From Paramecium tetraurelia (Eukaryota), in the NCBI GenBank assembly GCA_000165425.1, contig CT868661.1:1-64000 (forward strand): a DNA stretch of 64,000 nucleotides, read 5' to 3'. Below the pieces are notes generated by a model that searched no databases, was not told where the DNA came from, and saw only the letters and a program-made list of their open reading frames with translations. Positions 35,998 to 49,421 of this stretch are shown here, in pieces. The translations under genes and the position numbers were made by a program. Position 1 is the first letter of the stretch. Each line of letters starts with the position of its first letter.

Positions 35998-37416
35998 ATG
36001 CAGTTAAAATTTTCAGAAACAGATGGATTTGTATATGATTTGTTGCATTTCTTATGGTTAAAGGACCCAATTTCAAAAGTAAAGTCTACGTAATTAATAG
36101 AAAGCACCATTGATAAACATACCGTATACTCTGTAAATAAAGGCAGGATATGTGAAGTTTTGGTATTTCAGCAAGCAAGGAGTGATTTATAGAAAGAGCA
36201 AGGAGAAATTGGATCCAGATTACTTGAAAGAGGTATTCCATTCGGAGAGTACAAATAAAATTGAAGCAGTGTGGATTTTCAAAGAAAATGAGAAACTTAA
36301 ATTTCATTACATGAATAAGATGGAAGTCGGTCATTTTATTGAGAAACTGGATTACTAGGCTGATGGTGTCTTATAAGGGTTTGTATGCCCTAAAAGGGAA
36401 TGTAATAGCACAATTAAATGTATTTGGTAAAAGAGTAGTTGCATTTTCGAGTAAATTTATAATATCAACAAAATGACAAACACTTCATTACATCCAAATC
36501 AAAGAATTACAACTTTTGAGACAGATGGTGGTCCAACAATAAGCACTACGTATAATGTATATGCAATATCATAGATTGAACTCAAATGTGTTGGCTAAAA
36601 CCTTAGAATTGACTTGCCAAGAAATTCAACAGCATATTTGTAATGTGACTTTTGAGAAGATTAATATCTCTTTAATGGAATTGTACTTTAGATAAGGGGT
36701 AGATGGGCAAATCTATTTATTGTTCTGTTCGAAAGTGATAACCAAAAGTTAAAGTAGAAGTAATAGTAATGTGAAGTTGTCTCTGAAAGTGCCATTACCT
36801 AAAGGGCCTAATAGAATTGAATTTACAAATCAAAGATGCGTTGGTTGTAAAGTAATTCAAAATGTTAATTTGTTCGAAGAGGTAAATGTTGAAAGTGAGT
36901 ATTCCTTAGATTTCCATACGGGAGATCATTGAGAGTTGGGATAGACATCATGAAATCAAATATAAACAGGATCCTCCAATAATAGAGATGGATAAGGATT
37001 GTTTGGTTCCAAAAATACTCAGATTCATCTATCCCAATTTGGATTTCAATCACTATCAAGGTTTGAAATAGAATGTGCCATTCATATGTTAAAAGATTAA
37101 GTTATGTTTGAAGTGCTACAAGAATGTGAATGATAATAAGTCTAGATTTTCTACAGCCACATACTCAATACAGAAAAGAATTATGATGAGATAGAAGTCT
37201 TCTCAGAGTACCTTTTAGTATGATACACAATCGATAAAGAAGAGTTAGCACAGTCAAGAATCATTTATATAAAATACCTAAAGTCAAACTAAAACTAATA
37301 GTACTCATAAAAGGAGCACATAAAATACATCGTATATGTTAAAATATAGATGTAATACTTAACTTAACTTCAATTAATCTATAAGTTAGATATTTAGAAA
37401 TGAATAAAGTTAATGA
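35998..37416 (+). CDS. Uncharacterised protein with ATP-grasp-like N-terminal region and split CxxC...CxxC
   Basis: IPYT...FWYFSKQGVIYRK...GVLQGFVCPKRECNSTIKCIW...RITTFE; later CVGC...VPKILRFIYP...LCLKCY; tiny introns. Confidence 0.7.
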
Positions 37417-37721
37417 AATCTAAACACAATATATCATTAATATTATATTATTACAATTTTCATATTATTTTTGAAACTTTTTAAGTTAGAATTCTCAATT
37501 TCAATTTCAATTCAAAATTTATGCTCACTTCTAATTGGTTCCTTAATCAAACTCCTTCAATTGAACATTCAATCAATATGGGTTAGATCTCTCTTGAATC
37601 CTTCATCTTCAATAATAATTATTATTCACAATATTATGAATTAAAATTCATTTGGTTTTGATATTTATAAAAATTGTATAATTTTCGATGTAAGTGATAA
37701 ATAATTGAAATAATATAAATT

Positions 37722-38735
37722 ATGTATAAATTAAATACAATCCAAGGGCATTAATTTTTCGATTTTCAGGCTCCCTTGAATTACTTTTCAAAAAGGAAAC
37801 TCTTTCAACTGGCCAATGAAATTAAACCAAGAAAAAGGGATTCTCGAGGAAAAATAGTTATTTCTTCATCTGTTCCAAAAGGTTTTTGGTTCAGAGATTA
37901 CGATGCGGTGAGAACAGTCAGTAAAAGGTTGAAAGAAAGTCGTCCCAATAACCACAGAATACAGAATCCCATATATTTCAAGAGAGTAGACATATAAGCA
38001 TATTTACAAAACTACACCATAAGAGCGTGCACTCCCAATCCATCTAGAAAATGGAGAAAATATCGTAATTTATTATTGGAGAACAATTATCATATTAGAG
38101 AGTAAATAAAATAAAAATTTTAAGAGAGTCTTAACTTATTGCTTCCTAATAGCTAGCTTTCACCTCCCAAGAGCAAGCGTAGCTCATTCATGAACTCACA
38201 TCAACAACAATGCTTGCTTGAAATTCGCACAAGTCAGCATCTAAAATTGAAAAATATAAGTAGACAGCCCTCCAAAAGGAAGGATGACAGCATGAGATCT
38301 TTGGATAGGCATTTCCAAGATATCAATTGTGCACAAAGCAATTTCAATCATTCCTTTGTTTAAGATAAATTCATATCATCCAATCAAATCACTCCCAGAA
38401 ACAGGTTCTTCAAAGACTCCTTCAGGTTATATGGAATAGATGCTTAAGTATAGGCACCAAAAAACAAATTGATTTTTACTGACTCTGTTCAGTTGGTGGA
38501 ATCTTAGGAGACTAGATGTGATAAAATTGATGGAATTTAAAGTGATCGCGATAGATCAACCTAAAAGTAGAACACTTTATTAAATTTAATTAAAAAACAA
38601 AGAAAAAAGAATCCACAAACTAAAGTAGTCTCTCCGAAGTATCCTAAATTAAACACTTCAAATCCAAAAGATGACAGGATTGTCAATATCTATTTTCCAT
38701 CTCTCAAAAAAATCAATGTAAGAGATCATTCTTGA
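37722..38735 (+). CDS. Hypothetical basic protein, 337 aa, intronless
   Basis: 1014-nt ATG-to-TGA span in the ciliate code. Confidence 0.75.
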
Positions 38736-38799
38736 TTGTATATACATACTTTAATATTATTAAAATATATTTCTTAAATTAATCAACTAGCTACAGTTA

Positions 38800-39322
38800 A
38801 TGAAATAATCACAATACTAACACCAAACTCAAAAACTAACCTAAAACCAAATGGGATACTCGCCTACTACCTAAAAGAGTACGATTATCCAATTAATATC
38901 TTAGCATTGCCGAATTTTAATCAGTTCAATGATGAAATTTAACATAGGATAAAACTCAAATATCAAGAATTAGGATTTAAGTAGCCTTTGTATCCACAAT
39001 AAACCTAAGTGTTATCATCAGAGAAAGGGATCTACAATTTTAGAAAAGTGTTTGATCCAGTAAGAGACGGTCGGCCTGAATTCTAACTGGATCCAAGTAA
39101 CAATATCATTCTTATTCTTGAGAGTACTTGGATCAACTCTAAGATTACAAGAAAAAGTATTTAGCTCCAAGTAGAAATTATGATTTGTAATACAGAAATC
39201 CTGCTTTGAAAATTAAGAATCATGACTTCTATTTTTAAGATTTCTACTTGAATCTTTATGAATAGGATAAGGAGGAGATCTATTTTAATAAATATGGAAA
39301 GAAGTTTGTTTATCAAGAATGA
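38800..39322 (+). CDS. Hypothetical protein, 156 aa
   Basis: Open after removal of two 26-nt GT..AG introns (MKQSQYQHQTQK...KYGKKFVYQE*). Confidence 0.65.
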
Positions 39323-39351
39323 TTTATATAAAATAATAATAATAATAGAAT

Positions 39352-40523
39352 TCAACTTTTAAAGATATCTAATTACAATAGCTAAATGATAGGTCATTAT
39401 AAAATACTTCTTTTGCTGTTGCTCTTTGATAGGGATCAATCACAAAAATACGTGAAAATAGTTTTTGTATATCACGATCTTGATTTGTTATATTGGATTC
39501 ATTGTTTCTTATTTTCTTAAACAATTCTCTTTCGTTTTCTCCTTTGAAAGGGAAACTCCCTTATAAGAGAGTAACAAGCAGAACTCCAGTAGCCCATATG
39601 TCTGCTGCTCTCCCATCATATTTCAACTTAGAGACAACTTCAGGTGCCATATAACTAGGCGTACCACAATGGCAAGATATAGATTGATTAGTAAATGTAC
39701 TGAAACCGAAATCAATGAGTTTGATTCGTTTATTTTGTATTAGGATATTTTCTAGTTTGATATCTCTGTGACATACATTCCTATCGTGGACATAATGTAA
39801 GATTTTGAGTAACTAATGTATGATGTTAAGTGCAAGTTCTTTGGGTAGGGTTCTTGTGGGAGTTGATTTGAGGAGTTGATACAGAGACTCAGTGCCGCAA
39901 TATTCCATCACTAGATTGATGTAAGTAGTGTAATGATAGACATCATATAATTTGGTGATTTGATCGTGAGATAGAATTCTGAGAGTGTTGATTTCTTTGA
40001 TTAGGTTATTGAACCTTTCCCCTTTGAGCAATGCCTTGTCATACATTTTGATGGCGACTTTATTGCCTTGGCGATCAGTTCCCATTTTGACGATGGCATA
40101 ACTGCCCTTTCCAATTATGGGTCCAATAGAATAAATCTTTTCATCACAAGTGGAGGGTATCTATTTATACAGGGAGTCTTGGTGATTGGTGGAGTCCTTG
40201 GCACTCAGATTGCCTTGGATTCTCTTCCTCTGTATTTTGGAAGATAGTCTTAATTGTTGTAGATTGTTGTTATTGGTTGCGGCATTGCATTGTTGGCTTT
40301 CCTTGGTACTGAGATAGCGTTGTTCATTTTTGGTGTTGAAGGTGTCTTCAAACTTGGTTAATTCTCGGCCTCGACTGGGAGTTCTGATTTTGAAGTAGGT
40401 GGTGAGATTGTTGAGTCTGAAGTTGGTTAATCTGAATGGAGGGGGTTTGGAGGAGTTGTCGGGGAGGTTTTCTTTGTTTTCGATAGATCGAAGACCCTCT
40501 CTGGGGGGTTTGCGAATATTCAT
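39352..40523 (-). CDS. Ser/Thr protein kinase, CAMK group (MARK/SNF1-like)
   Basis: IGKGSYAIVK, VAIK, HRDIKLEN, DFG, CGTPSYMAPE, DIWATGV; one 3' intron. Confidence 0.93.
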
Positions 40524-40726
40524 GAATCGGTTAATATTTAAATATAAATTGGGAGTACATTATAAAAATAATAGTTATGGGCAAATGAATTATGTATGAA
40601 TATCACATTTGCGGTCGGAAAATAAATAACATTATATAGAGAGCATATGATGATAATTATATTAATAATGCGTCAGTGATTAAATAATAAGAAGAAGTGT
40701 TTATAGGGGAGAGAGAGTCATTAAAT

Positions 40727-42242
40727 ATGATAAGAATTCAATAACTGGGATAGCAATTGAATGCAACCAAGTCAACATTGACAATTCAGGATTCGAGATC
40801 AGGAAAGAAATACGAAATCCCCATTTCTAATAATTTCATTAAGGCAAGCGATCTCGAGAAGATAAAAGACGACAAAGGTTCAATCATTCGTTCTTATGAT
40901 CCTGGTTATATGAACACAGTTAATTGCGTACATTTTGCATTCATACAAGACCTCCAAAATTAGTTTCATAGACGGAGACAATGGAATCCTCGAATATCGA
41001 GGCTATCCCATTGAGTAATTGGCTGAAAAAAGCAATTATTTGGAAGTGGCTTTTCTACTCATCTATGGTGAATTGCCAACTCAATTGCAATATGATAAAT
41101 GGTGTAAAAAGTATGCAATTCTTTATTATTTAATTTCAGAATCCAAACTCACACATTTGTCCACCAAGATCTGTATGGCCTCTTGTCCCAATTCAGATAC
41201 GATGCTCACCCAATGGGAATGGTTATCAGTTCATTATCAGCTGTGAGTACTCTGCATCCAGAAGCTAATCCAGCACTCTCAGGACAGAATATCTACGCAG
41301 TATATTATATAATCGAATTTAAGGATTAAAAATCTAGGAACAAACAAATTCACAGAATGATTGGATCCATCACAACCATCACAGCCCTTGCATACAGAAA
41401 CAGAATCGGAAGACAACCAAATCAACCTCATTAACAATTAGGATATGTCGAAAATTTCTTATATATGATGGATAGACTCAATGAATCCAGTTACAAACCA
41501 CATCCAACTATTGCAAAAGTCTTAGACATTCTATTCATCTTGCATGCTGAACACGAATTGAATTGCTCCACCTCTGCAGTTAGACATCTCACTTCAAGCG
41601 GAGTCGATATCTACACAGCTATTGCTGGAGCTGCAGCTGCACTCTATGGTCCTAAACACGGTGGTGCCAATGAGGCAGTCTTGAGAATGCTTGAAAAAAT
41701 TGGATCCAAGCAAAACATTCCATAATTCATTGAAAATGTGAAGAACAAGAAAGCTCTACTCTTTGGATTTGGTCATAGAGTTTATAAATCATATGATCCA
41801 AGAGCTAAGATTGTTAAGTAATTAGCATACTAAGTTTTTGATTTGGTTGGCAAGGATCCATTGATTGAAATTGCATTGGAATTAGAAAACATAGCTTTAA
41901 ATGATAAGTACTTTAAAGATAGATCACTCTATCCAAATGTTGATTTCTATACTGGAATCATTTATAAGGTAATTTATGTAAGCAATTCTATTTTAGGCTC
42001 TTGGATTTCCTACTGATATGTTTCCTTTGTTATTTGCTATTCCAAGAATATCTGGATGGCTTGCTCATTGGTGTGAGTTCCTTGATGACCCTGAGAATAA
42101 AATTGTTAGACCAAGATAAAATTATCAAGGATACTAACCAAGAGAATATGTCCCCATCGACTAAAGAAAAGAGACAGATGCCTATATTCATGCACCCTCA
42201 ACCTCCTTTTCAACAAGAAGAAATGTTTCTGTTTAAAAATGA
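40727..42242 (+). CDS. CS: Citrate synthase, peroxisomal/glyoxysomal (bacterial-like) type with PTS2
   Basis: [63 protein letters not shown]-terminus MIRIQQLGQQL. Confidence 0.95.
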
Positions 42243-42524
42243 ATATGAGTATGAATATGATTACGAAATTAAATTATTTATATCTTTTGTTTTTTTTTGT
42301 TATATTATCTTCATTTTATAGTTATCCAAAGCACTTAATTAAAATTTATATAAATTATGAAGTGCAAAATTTAATCTTTACATAGTAGGAATTTCCTTTC
42401 TATTTTTATGGTTGTATCAAATTTTTATCTATCAAAGGAGCGGAGTTAGACAATGATTAAAATATATAACTCTTTTTTAGTTTATAAATTGAAACAACTT
42501 AATTAATTAATCATGACGAGAACC

Positions 42525-43451
42525 TCAACATAGCAGTCCTTATATAATAATGGGTTTGAAATAGATAGTTTTAATTTAATCGATTTTGGGTGAGGGTTTA
42601 GTTTAAATAGATAATTATTCAAATTGATGATTCATAGAATCAGATTTGTAGGGTCGGAATGCTGATTTGTTGGGCACTTGGAATATAGAAATTGATATTT
42701 ACATAAATTGGCATAGAAGGCAGTAGGTTGTTCTTCTTTTTCTGAGTCATCGTAAATTTGAGTCATTTTGCGTGATTGTTTTTGTAGTTGTTTTTTGAGT
42801 TTGATGTGCTTAAATGAATCTGCGTTGGAGTTGGAGTGAGTTTGTGATTAAATTAAGTTCGACTAATTGTTAAATTTAAATTTGTACATTTAGAAGCACT
42901 TCTTTTTTGATTGCATAAATTAGTTTCTTGAGTTGTTTGAGTACTGGATTTGTGGGAGCAAAGGGGTAATTCCTGAGAATGGAAGGTTTTCTCATGATTA
43001 GAAATTGGTAGGTGGTGTAAATGATCTTGGCTCCATTCTGTTCTTACATAACTTGTTAGGGTGTGATACGTTTGAGCAGAGATTTCAACTAAGAGTATAA
43101 TTGGTGTGTTTACCTCTTCAATCAGTTGGTCTTCATTCTTTTGCATAATTAATTGCGAGAGTATTCGTTAGAATTCAATGTTATAAGAGACTTGAGGTGT
43201 TTTTGCTGCCGATTTGATTGTCTTGATTGCCTTGATTTGTTGCTCATTGAGGTAGAGTCTTGAAATTAATGAAAGTGATTACTTCTCGTTATTTGATGTT
43301 TGAACTACATATTGAATAGGCGTTCTATTTGTAAATATGGTGGTGATCTAAGATATAGATTTGATGCATTTACGACTCCATTATCCCAAGAGGATGAGGT
43401 GTGACATGATTGGAATTGGATGGACTGATTTATTTCGAACTGTGGTTCCAT
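42525..43451 (-). CDS. Hypothetical protein, about 5 tiny introns
   Basis: Open frame after removing GT..AG introns (MEPQFEINQSIQF...DQLIEE|LKSLLKRITPQQVM...); 3' end less certain. Confidence 0.6.
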
Positions 43452-43521
43452 TGGATTTTGAATTTGAATAGTAAAATAATTAATATTTTAATAACGATTT
43501 TTATAAAATATTTTAGTTTGC

Positions 43522-45351
43522 ATGAAATTAGCAAGTCCAACTTTTCATTTGAGTCAAGAGAACAATGCCGAATTGGCTGAAATCGGCCAATGTCTGAAAT
43601 ACACCCCCTACATGATTGATTCCAATGTATTAGATAGAAATGGAATATTAATAGATGATTCTAACATCTCCCTTGCATTAAACCCTAAGTAGTTCAACTA
43701 TCACTTTGGATCAAGTACTGCCTGCAAGATTGGAGAAGTAAACCCTACCATTCTTACACTAGCTACATGATGACAACCATCGAACAAGATTAAAATCTCC
43801 CGGATTACATTTCAAATTTGTCACTCTATGAGATCCTCAATCAAATTCGCTATGATCAAATACTTCAATTTGCCAAGCCTCTGGGTATTGATATGCAAAT
43901 AGTTTAAGCTTAGTGATCGAACAACAGGAGTAGAAATAATTCCAAATAATCAACACGCAATCTAATAAGCAAATTGGGTTCCAACAAGTAACAATCTTCT
44001 TCATTAGTATAGAAAAAGACAGATGGACTACTTTCCAATTAGATTTTCAATAGCAAAATCAACAACACCAGATCAATTAGTCCATAACCAATGAGTACAA
44101 TCATCAACAAGACTCAATCCAAAACACTATCACAAAATCCCTTCATCCAAGCAGAATCTCAATTCATGAATGATTAATTTATGAACATCAACCCCAATCT
44201 GTCCAACATGAGCAGCAATAGCATATTGAATGATACACCTTAAAGCAATTAACATCATCAATTGAATAAATGGACTGACAAATCTAAAGAAAAGATTCTA
44301 TTCTAAGATAATTACATGATAGAAGAAGAAACCACAAAACAAGTTAAACAAAATACAATAATAATTAAGAAAAGTGAGGATCCTTAATTTTTTTAGCAAT
44401 TGAAAAACGCTAGAGTTGCATCTCCAGCCATAAGATAAGTTAAAGGATCAGGTTTATCACCAGAACCTTATAATTAGAGTAAGTCCAAATCTCCAGAAGT
44501 AATATAGGTGAATATGACCAACCACTATAAAAAAACGGAAGGAGGTCAAAATATGAAGTAGTAACCTTAATAATAACAATAACAATAATAATAACAATAA
44601 CAACAAGCAATAAAAAAACTGCCTGAGTAATTTAAGAAGTTACTGACTGAAAGTACTAAAAGATAAAATGTAACTAAAGCATTTGACTAAAATAATACCA
44701 AATTTGCTCTTATTTCATCTGGTACAACTACGCAATAGAAATATCCGAAACAAACAAAATAATTCGCATTCCAAGATTCTCTCAATGATAATCAAATGAA
44801 GGTTGTTCAAAGTGAAAAGTAATTCACTCCACGAGTAAATGAATAAGAACAAATCAATTAGGACTTTTAGATGATGCTTAGTGAGTAATAGTAATCACTC
44901 CCAAGAAGCAAGAGTTAAAATAAAAAATAGGATGAGAAATAGAATGACAATATTCACTAATAGCATCAAAATTTTAAAGATCAATTCTCCTTTAAAGCCT
45001 AATAGTATAGGTAGGAATAGCCTCAACAAATCATCTAATAACAAGTTGTGGAATCAAGATCGATTAGAGGAATTTCACCCCAAAATAGGTCCATTCAATA
45101 GCAATTTAAGCAACAATCTACACTCATCCAATAACCTCCAGTACCACCTAATCAACAGAAGGAACCAATACAGATAAAATTGGACATCAAGTAATTCATG
45201 AGCTCGAACAGACCGAAGGATCAATAGCGATCCATAAGTCCAATTTATAGTTAGAGATAACAAATAGGTATTGATTTAAATGTAAATTTAGGAGTGACTA
45301 ATGAAAACGGGAGATCGTATTTTGTCAATTTGAATTTTTAGAAGTGAATGA
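43522..45351 (+). CDS. Hypothetical Gln/Asn-rich, largely disordered protein
   Basis: Long ciliate-code frame with a CAA/TAA polyQ tract at about 44570-44605; introns at both ends. Confidence 0.65.
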
Positions 45352-45489
45352 TTAATTAATTATAAATGAATTCAAATAATGTCACTTACTTCTTTTTGAA
45401 AGATAGGAAATAGTAGTTTTTTGGTGGGGACATCAATTATTGAAATTTCGTGCATATAAAATTGCACAATTAATTATTTATATAAAAAG

Positions 45490-48400
45490 ATGTTTTCTAA
45501 ATAAATTCAATATACCCAGTCTTAAAAGACTAGTGATTCCGGCTTATCTACTCAGTAGTTTAACCAGAGGGCTTTTCGATATGAAAATTAATCATCAGTT
45601 AAAGCGCCGTGGTAGAAACTTAAGTCAAATGAAACTGACAATGATCAAATATCAAGACGTGATAGAGCTGTTAAATCAGTAGTAATGAATGGTTATTATC
45701 TATTAGACTGTCTTATAAGAAATATTTAATTGCAACAATCAAACGAAACTGATAAAATTGGTTAGTTCATTTCTACAGTCAGAACAGCAATTAACTTAAA
45801 TTAGTGAACAATTGGACAAGCAGCAAATAGTTTCACTCTTCTTGAAAATTCATCAGATGCAAAGTCCATAACTTGTGTAGTTTTTACATTTACTATATGA
45901 TTCTCTTTTTTCCTTAGACTCATCAATTAGTTCTAAGATTTACACCCATCAAGATGTTCTTAAATACATCCTCCTGTCAAACTACGAATCAATCCAAGGA
46001 CAAGCAGGTCAGCTGACCAGAATACTTGAAATTTTATCCGAGATGTAGATCCTCAATCCAGATTTCCTTGCATTCGAGGAGGAATTTCAAGTTGATCTGG
46101 AAGATGTAAAAAAGCAATACATAACTATATAGATTTCTAATTCATTCAACCAAGTGTAACTGCGAATCCTATTTTTGGTAAGTTCGATTGATATACTAAG
46201 AGCTTTGAAAGGTTCAGTAGCCTTGTTTGAACGATTAGAATAGTTTGTGTTTTCATAGATCAAGAACAGTCAGTTGCAAAGCATTGGTGATATGCAGACT
46301 CTTGTGATCGCCTACATTCTCCTAAGTGAACAGTTGGATATAGCAAATAAACTGGGCTATTCAAAGTAAGCCATAGAGACCATAGGAAAGTCTTAAGATT
46401 ATTCGATCTACGAATTAAAAAGAAGATTTATTAATAATGCAATGAAGTTATCATAAAAATATCTGGGTCCCGAAGTCTACGATCAAATTTCTAGTATGAA
46501 CAGATCATTTAGTCCTGGATTCAATAGATAATCAATGCCTCATTTCAATCAATAAGAAAACATATCCTATTAGTTTCTACTTAATAATTTGAAAATGAAT
46601 TATGTTCTAAACAACGATGAAAACTTTTAGATTGATTCTAAATGCAATAATTTATTGACTAGTCCCCTTATCTATTAATTGTTGGACAAGTAATTTAATT
46701 ATCAATATTTAAAGACTAGTGCCATAACTAGCCAAGAAAGAGAAAGTGAATTCAATGTTTACTGAGTAAAGTCAAGTGGAAAAGAAGAGTTAGCCAATTA
46801 TTGTAAAGAAACAATTCTCCATTAAATAATTGAAGCAAGAGAATGTTTCCTAATCTCAAACTCAAAATTAAGTGTCCACTCCTTCTTAGAAATAGGTATA
46901 TATCTTTAATTAATTCAGATGTCTTAAACCTAAGGATTTCAATCTACTCAAATTAAATAATAACCCAATATCAGTAAACCAGGTTTGGATTCCAATGAAT
47001 TCGAAATCCTATAAAATAAATTAGGTCGTCAATAACAAGAATTGGAAGAATTAAAATAATTGTATACTACTAATATGGCTTTAAAAAAAAATGAACTCAA
47101 TTAAACTAATCAATAAAATTAACAAAATGATTCATTAAAGAAAAAAATAGAACTCTTGGAGAACAATTTAGTGTCACTGAAGAATGAGAATACTACTTAC
47201 AAGAAGGAAAAAGATCAAAAGTAAAGTGAAGTCAATGAATTAAGATCTTTCATCTAAGATTTGCAAGAGAAACAATTGAAACTAGAAAAATTAGTCCAAT
47301 AATAATAATAACAATATCAATAACAATAACAATAATAATTATTGTAATTACAACTACAATAGCAATAGTAATAGGCTTCCCCATAATAATTACCCAATCC
47401 GAATCCTGCCTAATAATATTTGAAAACACAATAGAGCAGTTATTCAACAAAAGCCAATACTCAAACGCAAATGAATATTTAAATTCCCAATAACAACGAT
47501 GATAAAAACAGACTCTTTGTGAGAGCCTAAAGTTAAATGAGTCATTCTCCTGGAGAGGAATTTAAAAATGAAATGGATGATACTAGTCCTAGAATTATTA
47601 AACAGAATTAAGCCTATTTGCTCTAATTATTAGACATGCTAGATTTGAATACATCTTTCACCAAGACTTATACCAAATTTCATTCAAATAATGAAAACAA
47701 TTCTTGGGAAAGTGATGTATCAATAGTCCACAACTTCAAACTTGAAGGTTTAATAACTGATTCAAATGAAGGGAAAGTGCTGATGCTTAAGGCTTATAAT
47801 CAATAAAATGTTTTGTGTTCAGAATCAATATCATTTGATCTCTTGAAAAGTCTTCTTGGCTATGTGGATTTCCAGGACACTCTGCCAACTAATCTCCCAA
47901 ACATTAGTACAACTCATTAGTTCTTCAAATTTCTAATATTGCCTTACACTGCAATTGTTCATGATGAGAATACTTAGCAATATAAGATTTAGTTGTGGCC
48001 CAAACCTTACGGATTATTGAATGGCTTAAACTTAAAGATAGATTTCTTAGATCTCAGTTGTTTAGTGTATATTCATCATTTGGAAACTGATTAATTTAGA
48101 ATTATAATATTCGATCCTGCAAGTTATGATTGTTTCAAATTGGATTTAGAAATGGATTATTCTTCAATTGATACATTCTTTGTGGATGCCAAATCTATTA
48201 AGGATGAATTCAATTATTATTGTAAGAGCAATCTATTGAAGTTGACTGAGAAAACTCCTAAATTTGGAGATGATGATGTGGCTGAGGCTTTAGTGGAGAG
48301 ACATTTTTCAAAGGACAAAGTAAAGGCAGTCTAAGCAGAAATAAAATAAAATTAATCTTATGGTCAAGAAAATCTAGTATTAAAACAACCAGTTGAATTT

Positions 48401-49286
48401 CTGAAATTCATCAAATCAATTGTTTAAGTCTTTGAACAATAACTTAAATCACAATAAATTACTTTTCCTAATTGTTTACTTGGCATGAAGTATTTCAGAT
48501 GCAAGACTTGGAATGCTGGCACTAAAAGTTAAATACAAATTGTCAAAGAACAATTAGATCAATAATAAATTTCCATTTATTTGGCTAATTGTTTTGAATC
48601 TTTTGGTCCAAAAAAATCTAAAATTAAAGCCAAAGGAAGCACTCACATAAATTTCTCAGCGATTCAAAGGGAGTTTGCTGTCTCTTATGATAAACTACAG
48701 ATCGAGGAAAGGGCGACCATCTTATAGACTATTTTATATTCATTCAACCTGAATATTTTTGAAAAAGTCTGTGAATAGGATGAATAACAATTTGATAAGA
48801 ATCCCATCATATAAAGTATTTATGATTGTGGCTCTTATCGAAGGTATTATTATTTCTTATAATATGATAGAGTTATTGCCTTTGATAATGGCAAAATCGC
48901 TTAGGTGACGATCTAAGTTATTGGATCAAACAGAAGAATGTGTGGTATCAGATTTTCAGTTTTTAATGTTGATGAAACCATCGAGAATGGAGTGTTCCTA
49001 CCAGTTTCATAAAGTGAATGGGATACTAGAGCGATGGAAAAATAAAAGATTAAAGCCTCTGTTCAAAATGTTCCATTTGCAGAATATTTGTTAACTTAAA
49101 TTCTAAAATGTCCAACAACGTAGACTGTATAATATTTAATTTGAATTCTAGATTTTGTTTAAGAAGATTTTGAATGCTGATTTCAAGTCAAATTAAATTA
49201 ATAGTAATGAAATCAAGAAGAGAAAGACCTTTATTGAAAGGGTAGATAATCTATTAACTTGGCAAGAAGTCATTGCACATTTATGA
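45490..49286 (+). CDS. Large hypothetical protein (about 1200 aa) with helical region, coiled coil and polyQ
   Basis: Frame from ATG 45490 to TGA 49284-49286 with several tiny introns; mixed CAA/TAA/TAG polyQ at about 47297-47375. Not every exon junction was verified. Confidence 0.7.
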
Positions 49287-49421
49287 GTATTAGATTAATT
49301 AATATCAATTCTATAATACTAGTTATTTTAACATTTATTCCTTGAAAATATTTGGATTATAAGATTTAATTTCTATCAAATGAGAAATTTAAAAATTTCT
49401 TTAATACACAAAGTTAATTAT

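Noticed and set aside
5048..37416. Ciliary gene cluster (PACRGL, AHI1, CFAP141-like and others)
   Set aside because: Ciliary genes are abundant in ciliate genomes and here are interspersed with unrelated genes; no enrichment can be shown.
38770..38800. Apparent ATG-less ORF start
   Set aside because: Resolved by ATG 38800 plus a 26-nt intron.
40600..40680. ATGATGA box-C-like motif and GC-richer words in the divergent kinase/citrate synthase spacer
   Set aside because: No matching CTGA D box or terminal stem; more likely promoter sequence.
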